Below are positions 45,750 through 55,556 of a stretch of 64,000 nucleotides of DNA, one piece after another (position 1 is the stretch's first letter; every line of letters begins with the position of its first letter). This DNA comes from an uncultured Candidatus Saccharibacteria bacterium (GTDB lineage: Bacteria > Patescibacteriota > Minisyncoccia > Phycocordibacterales > EsbW-18). Where the stretch lies: assembly GCA_964478705.1 (NCBI GenBank), contig CAYZIR010000005.1, forward strand, positions 508 to 64,507. Direction: 5' to 3'. The translations under genes were made by a program, and so were the position numbers. The notes under the pieces were generated by a model, which worked only from the letters and a program-made list of their open reading frames with translations, ran no database searches and had not been told where the DNA came from.

Positions 45750-48700
45750 TTACGAGCGGGTATTTTCGACTGTTTCTGGAGCAAATGCGTACGCACCACC
45801 AATTGATCGAAGAGAGCGTTCTTTCAGCATGTCGAGAACTCGCACAAGTGAAAGGCGAACTGACGTATAGGCTGAGTCATAACGTTCGTCAACACCATGA
45901 AGGAGCTCTGCGACGATTGATTCAAGTTCTTTATTCGAGAGATGGTAGGTCACTTCAGCGATGTGCGTATTCACACGGGTTCGCTCTTCTGCGCCCTCAA
46001 GTCGTGCACGATGTGCACTGTCGAGTTCAGAAACCACCTTGCGCATGAAGTCGGCGACCGGCTGTTCTTGATGCTTCAACATTCGAAGGAAGGTAAAGAC
46101 CTTTTTGTCTTCGCCTCGGACAATCCATTCAACAAAGATTGGAATCATCGAGAGTGTTGAGATGAAGAGTGATTCACGAACACGCTCTTTATCAAGAACC
46201 AACCAACCATCTTCACGAGGGAAACGACCCTTTGCGATTTCGATTACCTGCGAGAGGCGCTCGAGGGCTTTCTTTTCATCGTTCTCAACTGAATTGCCGA
46301 TGAGTTCTGCTCCATCATCAGAAACCAAGACTCGTGATACTCGTGCTTCGTTCTGAATGCGAGAATAATCGCGTCGAGCAGGTTGTTCGGTCATTCGGGT
46401 ATCAACAAACGCTGGTGTAGAGGTTTTCTCAACAACTGGTGTTGATACTGACGCAAGTGCATCTGGAGCTTGTGCTACCGGTCGTGAGAATGATTCATGC
46501 ATGCGTGATTCTTGTACAATTTCACGAATAGACTGAACACGGGCTGGCGCACTTGCTGTGACCGTATGTGCGAACTCTTCGTATGAGGCGAGAGGTTCAT
46601 GAGCAGACGATTCGTACTCAGCGTCCATAGATGGCGCTACGTTTGTGAATCGCTGTCCTGACTTGCGGAGAAACGCGTATACAACACCTGCTGAGATTGC
46701 CACGAGACCAAGAATAAAGAGAATGATTTGGACAATACTTGAGCCAAGACCAGTGTATGGAACTTGTGTGAGCGAAATCGATGCTCCCAAGACTTCTGGT
46801 TCAGAGAAGAGCACAACGCTCGGTCGGCGACGGTGTCCGCCACCCCCACCACCTCCATCATCATCGTCATCGTCATCATCATCATCGTCGTCATCTCCAG
46901 GAGTTTTGACAACAACACTACCCTTACATGCAATGCCACCACTTGGTCCAGTGAACGAAGCAATGTAAACAGTGTCTACCGTTGGCTTTGTTGTTGTTGA
47001 ACCATTCAGTGGAACTGGTCCGATACCCTGATCAATCGTCGCTGATGTGACATTCTTTGATGTCCACGTGAGTGTTACTGTCTCGCCACTCTGAATAGAG
47101 TTTGGACTTACATCGAGCGTACACTCAGGAACCGGCTCGCTTGAAGGAATAGTGAATTTCACACCTGCATTACAGTAGTTGCGCCCAGGGGTGAAGTTTG
47201 GATCAACCCAAAATGAGTACGTGCGACCTGGCTTGACCGGAACGTTCGTAACAGTTGCTCCGGTGATTCCGTCTTCACAATAGTAGTGAGGGCTTGCACC
47301 ATCAAGACAGGTTTTGAAGCGTGGGTCATCGTAGCGGTCGGTCGTACCGTCATCAAGGCGAATATTGTATGAGACCGCACCTGGAACTGGATTCCACGAG
47401 AGCGTGACGGTGTTTGTATCTGCAGGAAGTGTTCCTGACGGGAAGAGATTTGTTGGGGGAATACAGATGGGGCTGTCAGTCACCGTAATCGTGAGGGTCT
47501 GAGTAATCGCACATTCAGCACCGCTATTCGCAGATGTTGCCTTAACGAGGTATGTGTATGTACCAACCGCAGTAACTGTTCCCGAAATCGTTGCGCCATT
47601 GATCGAGAGACCTGGAGCAGCATTCACCGCTGTGATAACGATTGAGACAGGAGCGATACCACCCGACGTCGTCACCGTGTGTGAGAACGGAAGATTAAGA
47701 CCGGCAACCGCTGTGTTTGAACTTGTGATGGCTGGTTTTGCAGGACACTGGTTGGTCTGGCCAACAGTGATTGTAAAGACCTGACGTGTCGCACATGAAA
47801 GTGTGCTGTTACCACCGCTCATCGCAGTGACCTCGTAGGTGTACACACCAGGGGTCGTTGGCGTACCCGACACTGTCGAAGCACTCGTGTCGATCACCAA
47901 GCCCGGTGCAGCAGGACCAATAGGATTAATGCTGATTGAAATCGGATTCACACCGCCTGTGGTTGTCACTTTGTAGAAGTACGGAACACCAAGCATCGCT
48001 GTTGCTGAAGGAGTGCTTGTGATCGTCGGTTGAACAGGACACTCATTGACTCCGTCGCCAATGATGATTGTCAGAGTTTGTGTTGGACCACACGCAGAGT
48101 CACCATCAGCATTTTGTGCCTTGATCGAATAGGTGTATGTGCCGGTTTGTGTTGGCGTACCTGAGATTGTCTTACCGTTGATTGAGAGACCAGGAGCAGG
48201 ATTGACCGGTGTGATTGTTACAACAGTGCCAAGACCGCCCGCGGTTGTTACGGTGTGTGAGAAAAGCTGACCAACCTGACCCGATGCTGACGCAGGACTT
48301 GTGATGGTCGGCTGACCTACCGGACACTGTGGAGGAGGCACGATCGTAACTGAACACTGTACGGTCTTTGTCTGACTCTTAAACGTTACTGCAACCGTCG
48401 CAGTTTTAGTTCCAACAGTTGTGTATGTGTGAACGACTGGGTTTGTCGTCGAACCATCAGGGAACGTATCATTACCGTTCCAAAGATATGAGAATGCACC
48501 CGTAACACCCGTAATTGTCGCAGTCCATGTTACTGGTTCGCCAATTTTTGCAGGGTTCGGGAGACCGACACACACAAGATCCCAATCAGGATCCTGCGAA
48601 CAGAGTGGGAGCTGCTGGTAGACCTGACCTTTGATGAGCTTTGCAGACGATGAATAGTTTGAGTTTCCTGGGAATGAGACGACATCGAGCTGATAGCGAC

Positions 48701-49199
48701 ATGACGGAAGGTCGACGCGGAAGCTCTTGGTCTGACCAGGGCCAATTGTTTTTTCGTCAGAATCAAAAAGTGTCTGAGGAATCTGGTGAATCGGATCTGA
48801 ATAGACTTGGAAAACTTTCAATGCAAATGGGAACGAACATGTTGGGTGTTCGTTGGTAATTGAGACAGTACCACCTGCAAGATCAAAAGTGTTGTAGATC
48901 TTGAAGTACTGGTCACGAAGCTGACGCAACTCAAAGTCGCTTGCTGGAATACAATCGTCGACTGTCGTTTCTTGACCACCGTCGCCAGGGGCAGGATCGA
49001 CGGGTTCGTCTTCTTTTGGTGCGGGTTCAACAGGTGTAGGCTCTGGTGCTGGGTCAGCCTTCTCTTCTTTTGTTTCTTCGGCAGTCGTGCCACTCGTGTC
49101 TCCACTTTCTTCAGCGGTTACGGCGAACGGAATTTGCCAAGCAACAAAAACCACAAACGCGAGAATTGCGAGTGTTTTGAGGACTGAAATACGTGTCAT
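45750..49199 (-). CDS. Large single-pass surface protein: signal peptide, Pro/Glu linker, four Ig-like repeats, FnIII-like domain, poly-Asp/poly-Gly tract, TM helix, ~330-aa cytoplasmic domain
   Basis: Four ~95-aa repeats (QCPVGQPTITSPASASGQVGQLFSHTVTTAGG..; ECPVQPTITSTPSATAMLGVPYFYKVTTTGG..; QCPAKPAITSSNTAVAGLNLPFSHTVTTSGG..). D13-G7-HRRRP tract encoded at ~46800..46900; VPYTG then TM then RK; start set at MTRISV (49199). Confidence 0.7.
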   Translation of the reverse strand: MTRISVLKTLAILAFVVFVAWQIPFAVTAEESGDTSGTTAEETKEEKADPAPEPTPVEPAPKEDEPVDPAPGDGGQETTVDDCIPASDFELRQLRDQYFKIYNTFDLAGGTVSITNEHPTCSFPFALKVFQVYSDPIHQIPQTLFDSDEKTIGPGQTKSFRVDLPSCRYQLDVVSFPGNSNYSSSAKLIKGQVYQQLPLCSQDPDWDLVCVGLPNPAKIGEPVTWTATITGVTGAFSYLWNGNDTFPDGSTTNPVVHTYTTVGTKTATVAVTFKSQTKTVQCSVTIVPPPQCPVGQPTITSPASASGQVGQLFSHTVTTAGGLGTVVTITPVNPAPGLSINGKTISGTPTQTGTYTYSIKAQNADGDSACGPTQTLTIIIGDGVNECPVQPTITSTPSATAMLGVPYFYKVTTTGGVNPISISINPIGPAAPGLVIDTSASTVSGTPTTPGVYTYEVTAMSGGNSTLSCATRQVFTITVGQTNQCPAKPAITSSNTAVAGLNLPFSHTVTTSGGIAPVSIVITAVNAAPGLSINGATISGTVTAVGTYTYLVKATSANSGAECAITQTLTITVTDSPICIPPTNLFPSGTLPADTNTVTLSWNPVPGAVSYNIRLDDGTTDRYDDPRFKTCLDGASPHYYCEDGITGATVTNVPVKPGRTYSFWVDPNFTPGRNYCNAGVKFTIPSSEPVPECTLDVSPNSIQSGETVTLTWTSKNVTSATIDQGIGPVPLNGSTTTKPTVDTVYIASFTGPSGGIACKGSVVVKTPGDDDDDDDDDDDDDGGGGGGGHRRRPSVVLFSEPEVLGASISLTQVPYTGLGSSIVQIILFILGLVAISAGVVYAFLRKSGQRFTNVAPSMDAEYESSAHEPLASYEEFAHTVTASAPARVQSIREIVQESRMHESFSRPVAQAPDALASVSTPVVEKTSTPAFVDTRMTEQPARRDYSRIQNEARVSRVLVSDDGAELIGNSVENDEKKALERLSQVIEIAKGRFPREDGWLVLDKERVRESLFISTLSMIPIFVEWIVRGEDKKVFTFLRMLKHQEQPVADFMRKVVSELDSAHRARLEGAEERTRVNTHIAEVTYHLSNKELESIVAELLHGVDERYDSAYTSVRLSLVRVLDMLKERSLRSIGGAYAFAPETVENTRS

Positions 49200-49273
49200 A
49201 TATGCGTTACTCATAGTCTGTAGAAATAAAACCCACACCAGTAATCGTAGAATCAATTATACACCTAATAATA

Positions 49274-49906
49274 TTATCCGTCAAGTGCTTCATCTGCTAT
49301 CGGATACGCACCAACAAATTCTGCTGAAACAACATATCGCTCTTCTTTTGCACCAAATACGTTACACGTCGCAAGCGTCAGCATCTTCACCGAGCTACGG
49401 AGATTGATTTCGGCCTCTTCGGCATTGACCAATCCGACACTTTTGACGCGATAGAGGTATTCTTTCCCTTCTGACTGCACGCGAATCACATCATTCTCTT
49501 TGAGATTTTTCAAACCATTGAATACCTTATACGCTTGATTGTTGACGACACGAAATCCTGTTGAGTGGCCAAGGAGAAACATATTGCTCGTATCTTCAAG
49601 ATCACCCGACCCTGGGTAATGTACAACGCCCTCCATGAGTGCTGCATCAAGCGCTTCAATCGAGCGTGACACCGGATTCATAATCTTTGCGTCAACATCG
49701 ATAGCATCAATAATGATCCGAACTGGCGCATCATCATATGCCAACGGAGCTGTGGTGTCTGTCGTCGTACTCAATGATACTGAAGAGTTTTCCTGTGCAA
49801 TATCGAGTTTCGGCATAATGCCCAATGACCATGAGAGTGCAAGGAGAATTGAGAATAGAAAGAACCACGTGACACCAACCGTCACAGGTCGTTGCTGTGC
49901 AAGCAT
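49274..49906 (-). CDS. Sortase family transpeptidase
   Basis: N-terminal TM, conserved His (MFLLGHSTGF), active-site TLATC (LTLATCNVFG), Arg downstream. Directly upstream of the surface-protein gene. Confidence 0.7.
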   Translation of the reverse strand: MLAQQRPVTVGVTWFFLFSILLALSWSLGIMPKLDIAQENSSVSLSTTTDTTAPLAYDDAPVRIIIDAIDVDAKIMNPVSRSIEALDAALMEGVVHYPGSGDLEDTSNMFLLGHSTGFRVVNNQAYKVFNGLKNLKENDVIRVQSEGKEYLYRVKSVGLVNAEEAEINLRSSVKMLTLATCNVFGAKEERYVVSAEFVGAYPIADEALDG

Positions 49907-50163
49907 AATGAAACCCTCCACAGCGTAGAGTGGAGAGTTTTTCGAGATGTTTGTTGGTCGAAATACCTTCTGCATATGGGTCGTATCTAGAGAATCAATG
50001 ATATCATAATTTATATAAAAGTCAAGTATCCCCTGTATCTACCGCCACGGTACTTTTTTGAGTCATAGAGCAAACCTTGACATTGTTTTAAAATCGTATA
50101 TAATGCTCGCACCTATCGGTTTTTCGAAGCCGAGGCCATTGTTAGAGGGTTTTAGAAAATTAT

Positions 50164-51225
50164 ATGACATATCTCAATATTCAGACGTCTCAGACCAGCA
50201 AAGATACTGCAAAACAGGTTCTCCGAGGAGTCGGGGCACTTGTCTTTGTTGTTGCGATTGTATGGGTTGGCATGCAGAGCTTCCGTGTACTTCCAGGCGT
50301 TCGTCACCTCTTCGCAAATGCACTCGTCTCAGTACAGTCGTTCTTCTCACCTGAAGAGCGCATCGTTGTATCGGTTATCGACAGCCAAGTTGTTGTCGAT
50401 AAACCATTCAACATTACATGGGAACACCGAGGTAAGGAGGATCGAGGTTCATACACCATGATGTATGAGTGTCGTGACTCAGTGCACCTTGCACGTGTTT
50501 CATCAACAGGAGGAGAATCAACAATCTTCTGTAACACTGAAGTCCCTATCCTTGGAGACGAAACGAACCTTTCCCTCATTGCGCGTGGCAACGTCATCGG
50601 CGCTGTTGATGTTCCCTTCTATGTTCGCTTCACGCGAAATAATACATCGGTCATCAGTGAAGAAGGTTCTACTGCTATCCGTGTTCAAGAAATGTACTTC
50701 GATACCGGCATCGCAACATCAACCGATAGCACTGCAACAACACCCTCAACTCCATCAACACCAGTGACACCAGTTCCTGGAACCCCAACAACGGTCACAA
50801 TTCCTATCGTGACATCACCGACCTCAGATCCAAACGGTGAAGCCGACCTCTCAATTCGCATCATCGCAGTTGGTCTTGTCGATAAAAACAGTGGTTCGTT
50901 CAGCGAACGCAATGAAATTCCAAAAGACCTCCCATCAAACAAGCGTGGTGCAATCAAATTTGAGATTGAAAACAAGGGCACAAAAAAGACTGGTGACGAT
51001 TGGAACTTCTCTGCGAAACTCCCAACATCACCGTCGTACACGTACACATCGCAATCACAGCAGGACCTCTACCCTGGCGACAAGATCGAATTCATCATTG
51101 GTTTCGACAAGCTCGTGAATAAAGATGAGGCAAGCTATACCATCACGGTTGATCCGAAAGATGAGATTGACGAATCAAACGAAAAGAATAACTCAATCAC
51201 ACGCACGATCGAAATTGATCGATAA
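50164..51225 (+). CDS. Membrane-anchored protein with Thr/Pro-rich linker and C-terminal CARDB-like domain
   Basis: N-terminal TM; TPSTPSTPVTPVPGTPTT linker; C-terminal beta-sandwich pattern (ADLSIRII..IKFEIENKGTKKTGDDWNFSAKL). Confidence 0.45.
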   Translation: MTYLNIQTSQTSKDTAKQVLRGVGALVFVVAIVWVGMQSFRVLPGVRHLFANALVSVQSFFSPEERIVVSVIDSQVVVDKPFNITWEHRGKEDRGSYTMMYECRDSVHLARVSSTGGESTIFCNTEVPILGDETNLSLIARGNVIGAVDVPFYVRFTRNNTSVISEEGSTAIRVQEMYFDTGIATSTDSTATTPSTPSTPVTPVPGTPTTVTIPIVTSPTSDPNGEADLSIRIIAVGLVDKNSGSFSERNEIPKDLPSNKRGAIKFEIENKGTKKTGDDWNFSAKLPTSPSYTYTSQSQQDLYPGDKIEFIIGFDKLVNKDEASYTITVDPKDEIDESNEKNNSITRTIEIDR

Positions 51226-51243
51226 AAATCGCTCGTCAGTTAC

Positions 51244-51321
51244 TTTCTCTAAGCACACAAAAGCCCCGGGTGGGGCTTTTGTTCTGTCCGGCGCCGTCGC
51301 GCCTCCCAAGGCTTAGAGAAA
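51244..51321 (+). repeat. 70-nt structured gene-3' element, copy 2 (homolog of 11583..11659)
   Basis: TTTCTCTAAGCACACAAAAGCCCCGGGTGGGGCTTTTGTTCTGTCCGGCGCCGTCGCGCCTCCCAAGGCTTAGAGAAAG. Confidence 0.7.
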
Positions 51322-51397
51322 GAACAGACTCGCTCTCGTGTTGGAATACAGAATACAACACCAACCCGAGTCTCTGCTGCTGAGCACTCGCTATAAT

Positions 51398-53521
51398 TTA
51401 GATATCGAGGTTCGCAAGTTTTGCGTTGCTTTGGATGAATGATTTGCGGGATGGAACGTCGGTGCCCATAAGGATGTCGAAGATTCGGTCGGCTTCTTCT
51501 GCATCATCAATACGAACTTGTTTCAGGATGCGTCGCGCAGGATCCATGGTTGTCTCCCACAGCTCGTCTGAGTTCATTTCACCAAGACCTTTGTATCGCT
51601 GGACCGAGAGTTTTGGTGTTTTAGCTACCTGTTTTTTTACTGTTTCTTCCTCTTCGCTTTCCTGCTCGCTTGACTCGCCTTCTGCACCCTCACTCTCATC
51701 GGTTTCTTCGATATCGTCAGCTGACACACCTTCTGACTTCAAAAATGTTGCTTTCTCTTCTTCTGTGTAGAAATAAAAGAGTTCTTTTCCTTTTTTGATT
51801 TTGTAGAGTGGTGGCTGGGCGATGTAGAGGAATCCACCATCAATCACAGGGCGGAAGTAACGGAAGAAAAGTGTAAGGAGAAGCGTGCGGATGTGTGCAC
51901 CGTCAACATCGGCGTCGGTTGCAATAACAATTTTGTGATAACGCAATTTTGAGATATCAAATGTATCCGCGATTGCGGTCCCCATCGCAATGACGAGATT
52001 TTTAATCTGTTCAGAGCCGAGCATGCGATCAAGACGGGTGCGCTCAACATTGAGGATTTTACCGCGGAGCGGGAGAATCGCTTGTGTGCGACGATCTCGA
52101 CCGCTTTTTGCGGTACCACCAGCGGATTCTCCCTCCACAATGAATATTTCAGACTCTTCGGCACTCTTCGATTGACAATCGGCAAGCTTACCTGGAAGGG
52201 TCATCCCGTCGAGTGCCCCTTTGCGAAGAATCGAATCTTTTGCCGCTTTTGCTGCCTTACGCGCACGAAGCGCAAGAATTACTTTCTGAACAATCGCTTT
52301 TCCATCGTCAGGGTGTTCTTCGAGGAATGTAGAAAATGCTTCACCGAAAACGGTTTCAGTTGCTCCACGAGCTTCAGTTGATCCGAGCTTTGCCTTTGTT
52401 TGACCTTCAAACTGGATCTCAGGAAGCTTCACCGATACAACTGCGGTCAATCCTTCGAGCACATCCTCGCCGGAGAATGCACCGTCCGCTTCTTTGAGTG
52501 CACTACCCTTCTTTGCAAAATTGTTGAGCGTTCGCGTGAGTGCGGTTTTGAAGCCAGTGATATGTGTTCCCCCTTCGCTGTTGTAGGTGTTGTTTGCAAA
52601 CGCCGTAATGCGCTCAGAGATGTCATCAACATATTGAAGTGCGACCTCCACATATACGCCGTCCATTTCTTTCTCAACATAAAAAATATTCTTGTGGAGC
52701 GTCGCTTGGTGTTCGTTGTAGTGGCGAACGAGCGACATCAAACCTCCTTCGAAATAGAAGGACATTGATGGATTGTCGGTGAGAAGTGTACGAACGTAGA
52801 GCTCACCTTCGTCTTTAAAATCACCTTTCATCTCGCGTGCATCAACAACGCTGATGCGAAGCCCGCGCACGAGGTATGCCTGCTGACGCAAATGACCAAC
52901 AATCTTGTCCCATGAGAACGCAATTTCTTTAAAGATCTCTGGATCTGGTTCAAACGTAATAGCGGTACCGCGTGCATCGGAACTCCCAAGTTTTTTTACA
53001 GCGGCCTTCGTCTTCCCCTGTTTGTACTCCTGCATGTAGTGGCCACCATCGCGGTGAACATCGGCACGCATGTAAATAGAGAGTGCATTCACCACTGATG
53101 CACCGACACCGTGCAAACCTCCCGAGACTTTGTATCCACTATCATCACCACCGAACTTACCTCCGGCGTGAAGCGTTGTCATGATCGTTTCAAGCGCGGA
53201 GACACCACTTTGTTTGTGTTTATCGACAGGAATACCACGGCCGTTGTCGGCAACCCGAATGCGATTGCCTGGAAGCAAGACGACTTCGATATCGTTGGCA
53301 TGTCCACCCATCGCTTCGTCACGCGAGTTGTCGAAGATTTCCCAAATGAGATGGTGAAGACCGTCGAGACCTGTCGTACCAATGTACATACCCGGTCGCT
53401 TGCGCACCGGTTCCAATCCTTCGAGGACTTGAATGGAATCAGCACCATATGATGCCGATACTTTCTTTTCTTTATCCTTGCCGGCTGAAGCTTCAGCGGA
53501 GGTGGGTTTTTTGGATGCCAT
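51398..53521 (-). CDS. gyrB: DNA gyrase subunit B (with acidic insertion near C-terminus)
   Basis: GHKL ATPase, transducer, TOPRIM and tail domains; insertion ADDIEETDESEGAEGESSEQESEEEETV. Confidence 0.95.
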   Translation of the reverse strand: MASKKPTSAEASAGKDKEKKVSASYGADSIQVLEGLEPVRKRPGMYIGTTGLDGLHHLIWEIFDNSRDEAMGGHANDIEVVLLPGNRIRVADNGRGIPVDKHKQSGVSALETIMTTLHAGGKFGGDDSGYKVSGGLHGVGASVVNALSIYMRADVHRDGGHYMQEYKQGKTKAAVKKLGSSDARGTAITFEPDPEIFKEIAFSWDKIVGHLRQQAYLVRGLRISVVDAREMKGDFKDEGELYVRTLLTDNPSMSFYFEGGLMSLVRHYNEHQATLHKNIFYVEKEMDGVYVEVALQYVDDISERITAFANNTYNSEGGTHITGFKTALTRTLNNFAKKGSALKEADGAFSGEDVLEGLTAVVSVKLPEIQFEGQTKAKLGSTEARGATETVFGEAFSTFLEEHPDDGKAIVQKVILALRARKAAKAAKDSILRKGALDGMTLPGKLADCQSKSAEESEIFIVEGESAGGTAKSGRDRRTQAILPLRGKILNVERTRLDRMLGSEQIKNLVIAMGTAIADTFDISKLRYHKIVIATDADVDGAHIRTLLLTLFFRYFRPVIDGGFLYIAQPPLYKIKKGKELFYFYTEEEKATFLKSEGVSADDIEETDESEGAEGESSEQESEEEETVKKQVAKTPKLSVQRYKGLGEMNSDELWETTMDPARRILKQVRIDDAEEADRIFDILMGTDVPSRKSFIQSNAKLANLDI

Positions 53522-53653
53522 GAAATGAAAAAGCGCCTTTCACCGCCTCTGGCGGGATTCCGCTAAAAGCGGTGATGCGTTGTGGGTCTAGTATAGCAAA
53601 AAAGAGGTCACATTTGAAGCAAATATGACCAATTTATATGAGGTTTTTGATAC

Positions 53654-53682
53654 TTGACATTTATATTGTAATATAGTACAAT
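53654..53682 (+). promoter_or_regulatory. Consensus sigma-70 promoter TTGACA-N17-TACAAT
   Basis: aTACTTGACAtttatattgtaatatagTACAATatt; third copy of the TACTTGAC-type promoter. Followed by a ~78-nt structured leader (GAGGTGGGATACGCCATCTCAC; ACCCGGACGGGT). Confidence 0.6.
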
Positions 53683-53766
53683 ATTCTCCGTAGAGGTGGG
53701 ATACGCCATCTCACACTTTCAGAACCCGGACGGGTTCAAAGGGTCGGACGACCCAGAAAGGCAGCC

Positions 53767-54183
53767 ATGTTCCTTCATAAGAAGCAGGTACGACCGGTGT
53801 TCGAAGCTGTCCTCAAGGACTTCCCGTGGCTGTGGTCAGTGATCCACGGCGACTGGAGTAGGAAAGACTTCAACGTGCACCGAATCCTTCAGCTGGACGA
53901 CATCGAAGGGCGCGTGTCCTTCAACGAGTTGGTCCCAACGACGATCGTGGCCTACTTCGAAACTGGAGGGGTTCCACACGTTGGGGTGATCACGCCAGAG
54001 AGGCTGGTGGAACTCACATCCTGGAATCCGCCCGCGGGAGAATTCGATCGCGGAGGAATCCGGATCGCAAACATCCTCCGCGAAACATTCGCGGTCGCAA
54101 ACAACATCGTCATCGATCTCAAGGCGGTGGCGGTCACGACCCCGAACTTCTGCATCATCTGGGTTCTTGCGCCGAACAGCTGA
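53767..54183 (+). CDS. Hypothetical protein (138 aa), GC-rich orphan gene
   Basis: No recognisable family; visibly GC-rich; own promoter, leader and terminator. Confidence 0.5.
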   Translation: MFLHKKQVRPVFEAVLKDFPWLWSVIHGDWSRKDFNVHRILQLDDIEGRVSFNELVPTTIVAYFETGGVPHVGVITPERLVELTSWNPPAGEFDRGGIRIANILRETFAVANNIVIDLKAVAVTTPNFCIIWVLAPNS

Positions 54184-54190
54184 CAACATC

Positions 54191-54225
54191 GCTCCCGAAG
54201 CTCTCGTAGCTTCGGGAGCTTTTAT
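54191..54225 (+). terminator. Rho-independent terminator
   Basis: GCTCCCGAAGCTCTCGTAGCTTCGGGAGCTTTT. Confidence 0.75.
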
Positions 54226-54227
54226 AT

Positions 54228-54734
54228 CTACAATCCAATAAACATTGCCAATCCGCGCCATGAAGACATAAAATCTTCTTTTGGCATACAAAGGTTCGGT
54301 CCAACTTCTGGGTCATGGTACAAAAAACCGCGCTCATCGCTCCCGACGACAAGAACCGTGTGGTATGAACCATTGTTTTTCTTAAGAGACACGATCGGAA
54401 GTCCGTTGCGTTCATGAGATTTTCGTATTTTTTCGTATCCTTCGTTTCGCAAACGCGTTTCTTCTTCGGGATCCTTGTTTCGAAATTCTTCTCGATGCGC
54501 GGGCACGCCATACTTTTTTGCGAGCTCGATGATTACATCGTGCTTCCATCCTCGCTCACAAAACCCGCCCACTGCAGAAGCTTCATCAAGAAGTTCGTTA
54601 ATCGTTCGCCCCTCAAGTTTCCCGTAGTACGAGAGAGCCATAAAAAGATTCACGATTGTGCACGCGCGAGGACGCCATATCTCTGGGAGAGAGAAATCGT
54701 ATTGAGAAAGATATGGGACGGGCAGATTTTGCAT
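54228..54734 (-). CDS. C39-like papain-fold cysteine peptidase domain protein
   Basis: Cys in PRACTIVNLFMAL, His in YHTVLVVG, Asp in FLYHDP; peptidase_C39_2 / YvpB-like arrangement. Confidence 0.5.
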   Translation of the reverse strand: MQNLPVPYLSQYDFSLPEIWRPRACTIVNLFMALSYYGKLEGRTINELLDEASAVGGFCERGWKHDVIIELAKKYGVPAHREEFRNKDPEEETRLRNEGYEKIRKSHERNGLPIVSLKKNNGSYHTVLVVGSDERGFLYHDPEVGPNLCMPKEDFMSSWRGLAMFIGL

Positions 54735-54786
54735 ACTAAGAAATCATTGTACTAAAAAGCCCGTCACAATGTGACGGGCAGGAACA

Positions 54787-55356
54787 TCAGTCTTCTTGTA
54801 CCCCGCATCGCGCAACAACTTGGATATAACTCTCGGTTCTGAACAGCTCGGACGGCTCACATACGATTCCAGGCAAATTCATCCCATCAAGACAAAGCAC
54901 GTAGTGCATGTTTTCACCAGGAATGGACAGTGGTTTGTGCGGGAAAATGAGCTTACGCCCCTCCATTGTCTTGCGGTTATGCGGTTGGAAAAATGCCACT
55001 GCATCTTCCCACGTCGGGCGCTCAAGACCTTCATCCTTGATAGCCTTTAGTATTTGTGGGAAAGAAAGTCCGTTAGGAAGTTCGAGAATTCGAACCTCTA
55101 CACGACGTCTCTTTTGAGTTGGCACAAGTTTATTCGAGCTGAGCATGAGGTCAGCACGCGGACTGAACGAAAGTTTCAACACTTCAGCAAGCGACCGATA
55201 CCGCCCGAGTGTAAGCATGAAGGTCGGCCACGGATTTTCCCGACGCATAAACCTTTGAAGCGCTTCTGCCCACTCGTGAGCAACCTTTTTGTTACTAGAC
55301 CCCAAGCGATCGAACAGATCCTTAAGGCTACCGCTGACTTCCCATACCTCTAACGC
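54787..55356 (-). CDS. Hypothetical protein (189 aa)
   Basis: Start reset to ATG 55356 (MNRALEVW) with AGGAGG 5 nt upstream; no recognisable family. Confidence 0.45.
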   Translation of the reverse strand, partial: ALEVWEVSGSLKDLFDRLGSSNKKVAHEWAEALQRFMRRENPWPTFMLTLGRYRSLAEVLKLSFSPRADLMLSSNKLVPTQKRRRVEVRILELPNGLSFPQILKAIKDEGLERPTWEDAVAFFQPHNRKTMEGRKLIFPHKPLSIPGENMHYVLCLDGMNLPGIVCEPSELFRTESYIQVVARCGVQED

Positions 55357-55518
55357 ACGGTTCATACAACCTCCTTTAAGGTTGTGCCATAGGGCCACCA
55401 AAATGGCAGTCATAGCACGTAACGCTCCATGGAGTGAAGAGCTATGTGCTATGACCACCGTACACAACAACAAAGAACACTGAGAGCGTTATACTCCTCT
55501 CCCATCTTCGGGTCAAGG

Positions 55519-55556
55519 CTAACGAACCTCCCCCGCTCAGCGGGGGTTGGGTGCGC
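55519..55556 (-). terminator. Tandem hairpin terminators after pheT
   Basis: GGTGCGCTAAGCGCACC and CCCCCGCTGAGCGGGGG on minus strand. Confidence 0.6.

Noticed and set aside
46800-46900. Poly-GAT/GAC-GGN tract as a DNA repeat element
   Set aside because: It is in frame within the surface-protein gene and encodes a D13-G7 linker. Treated as a coding low-complexity, slippage-prone tract, not an independent element.
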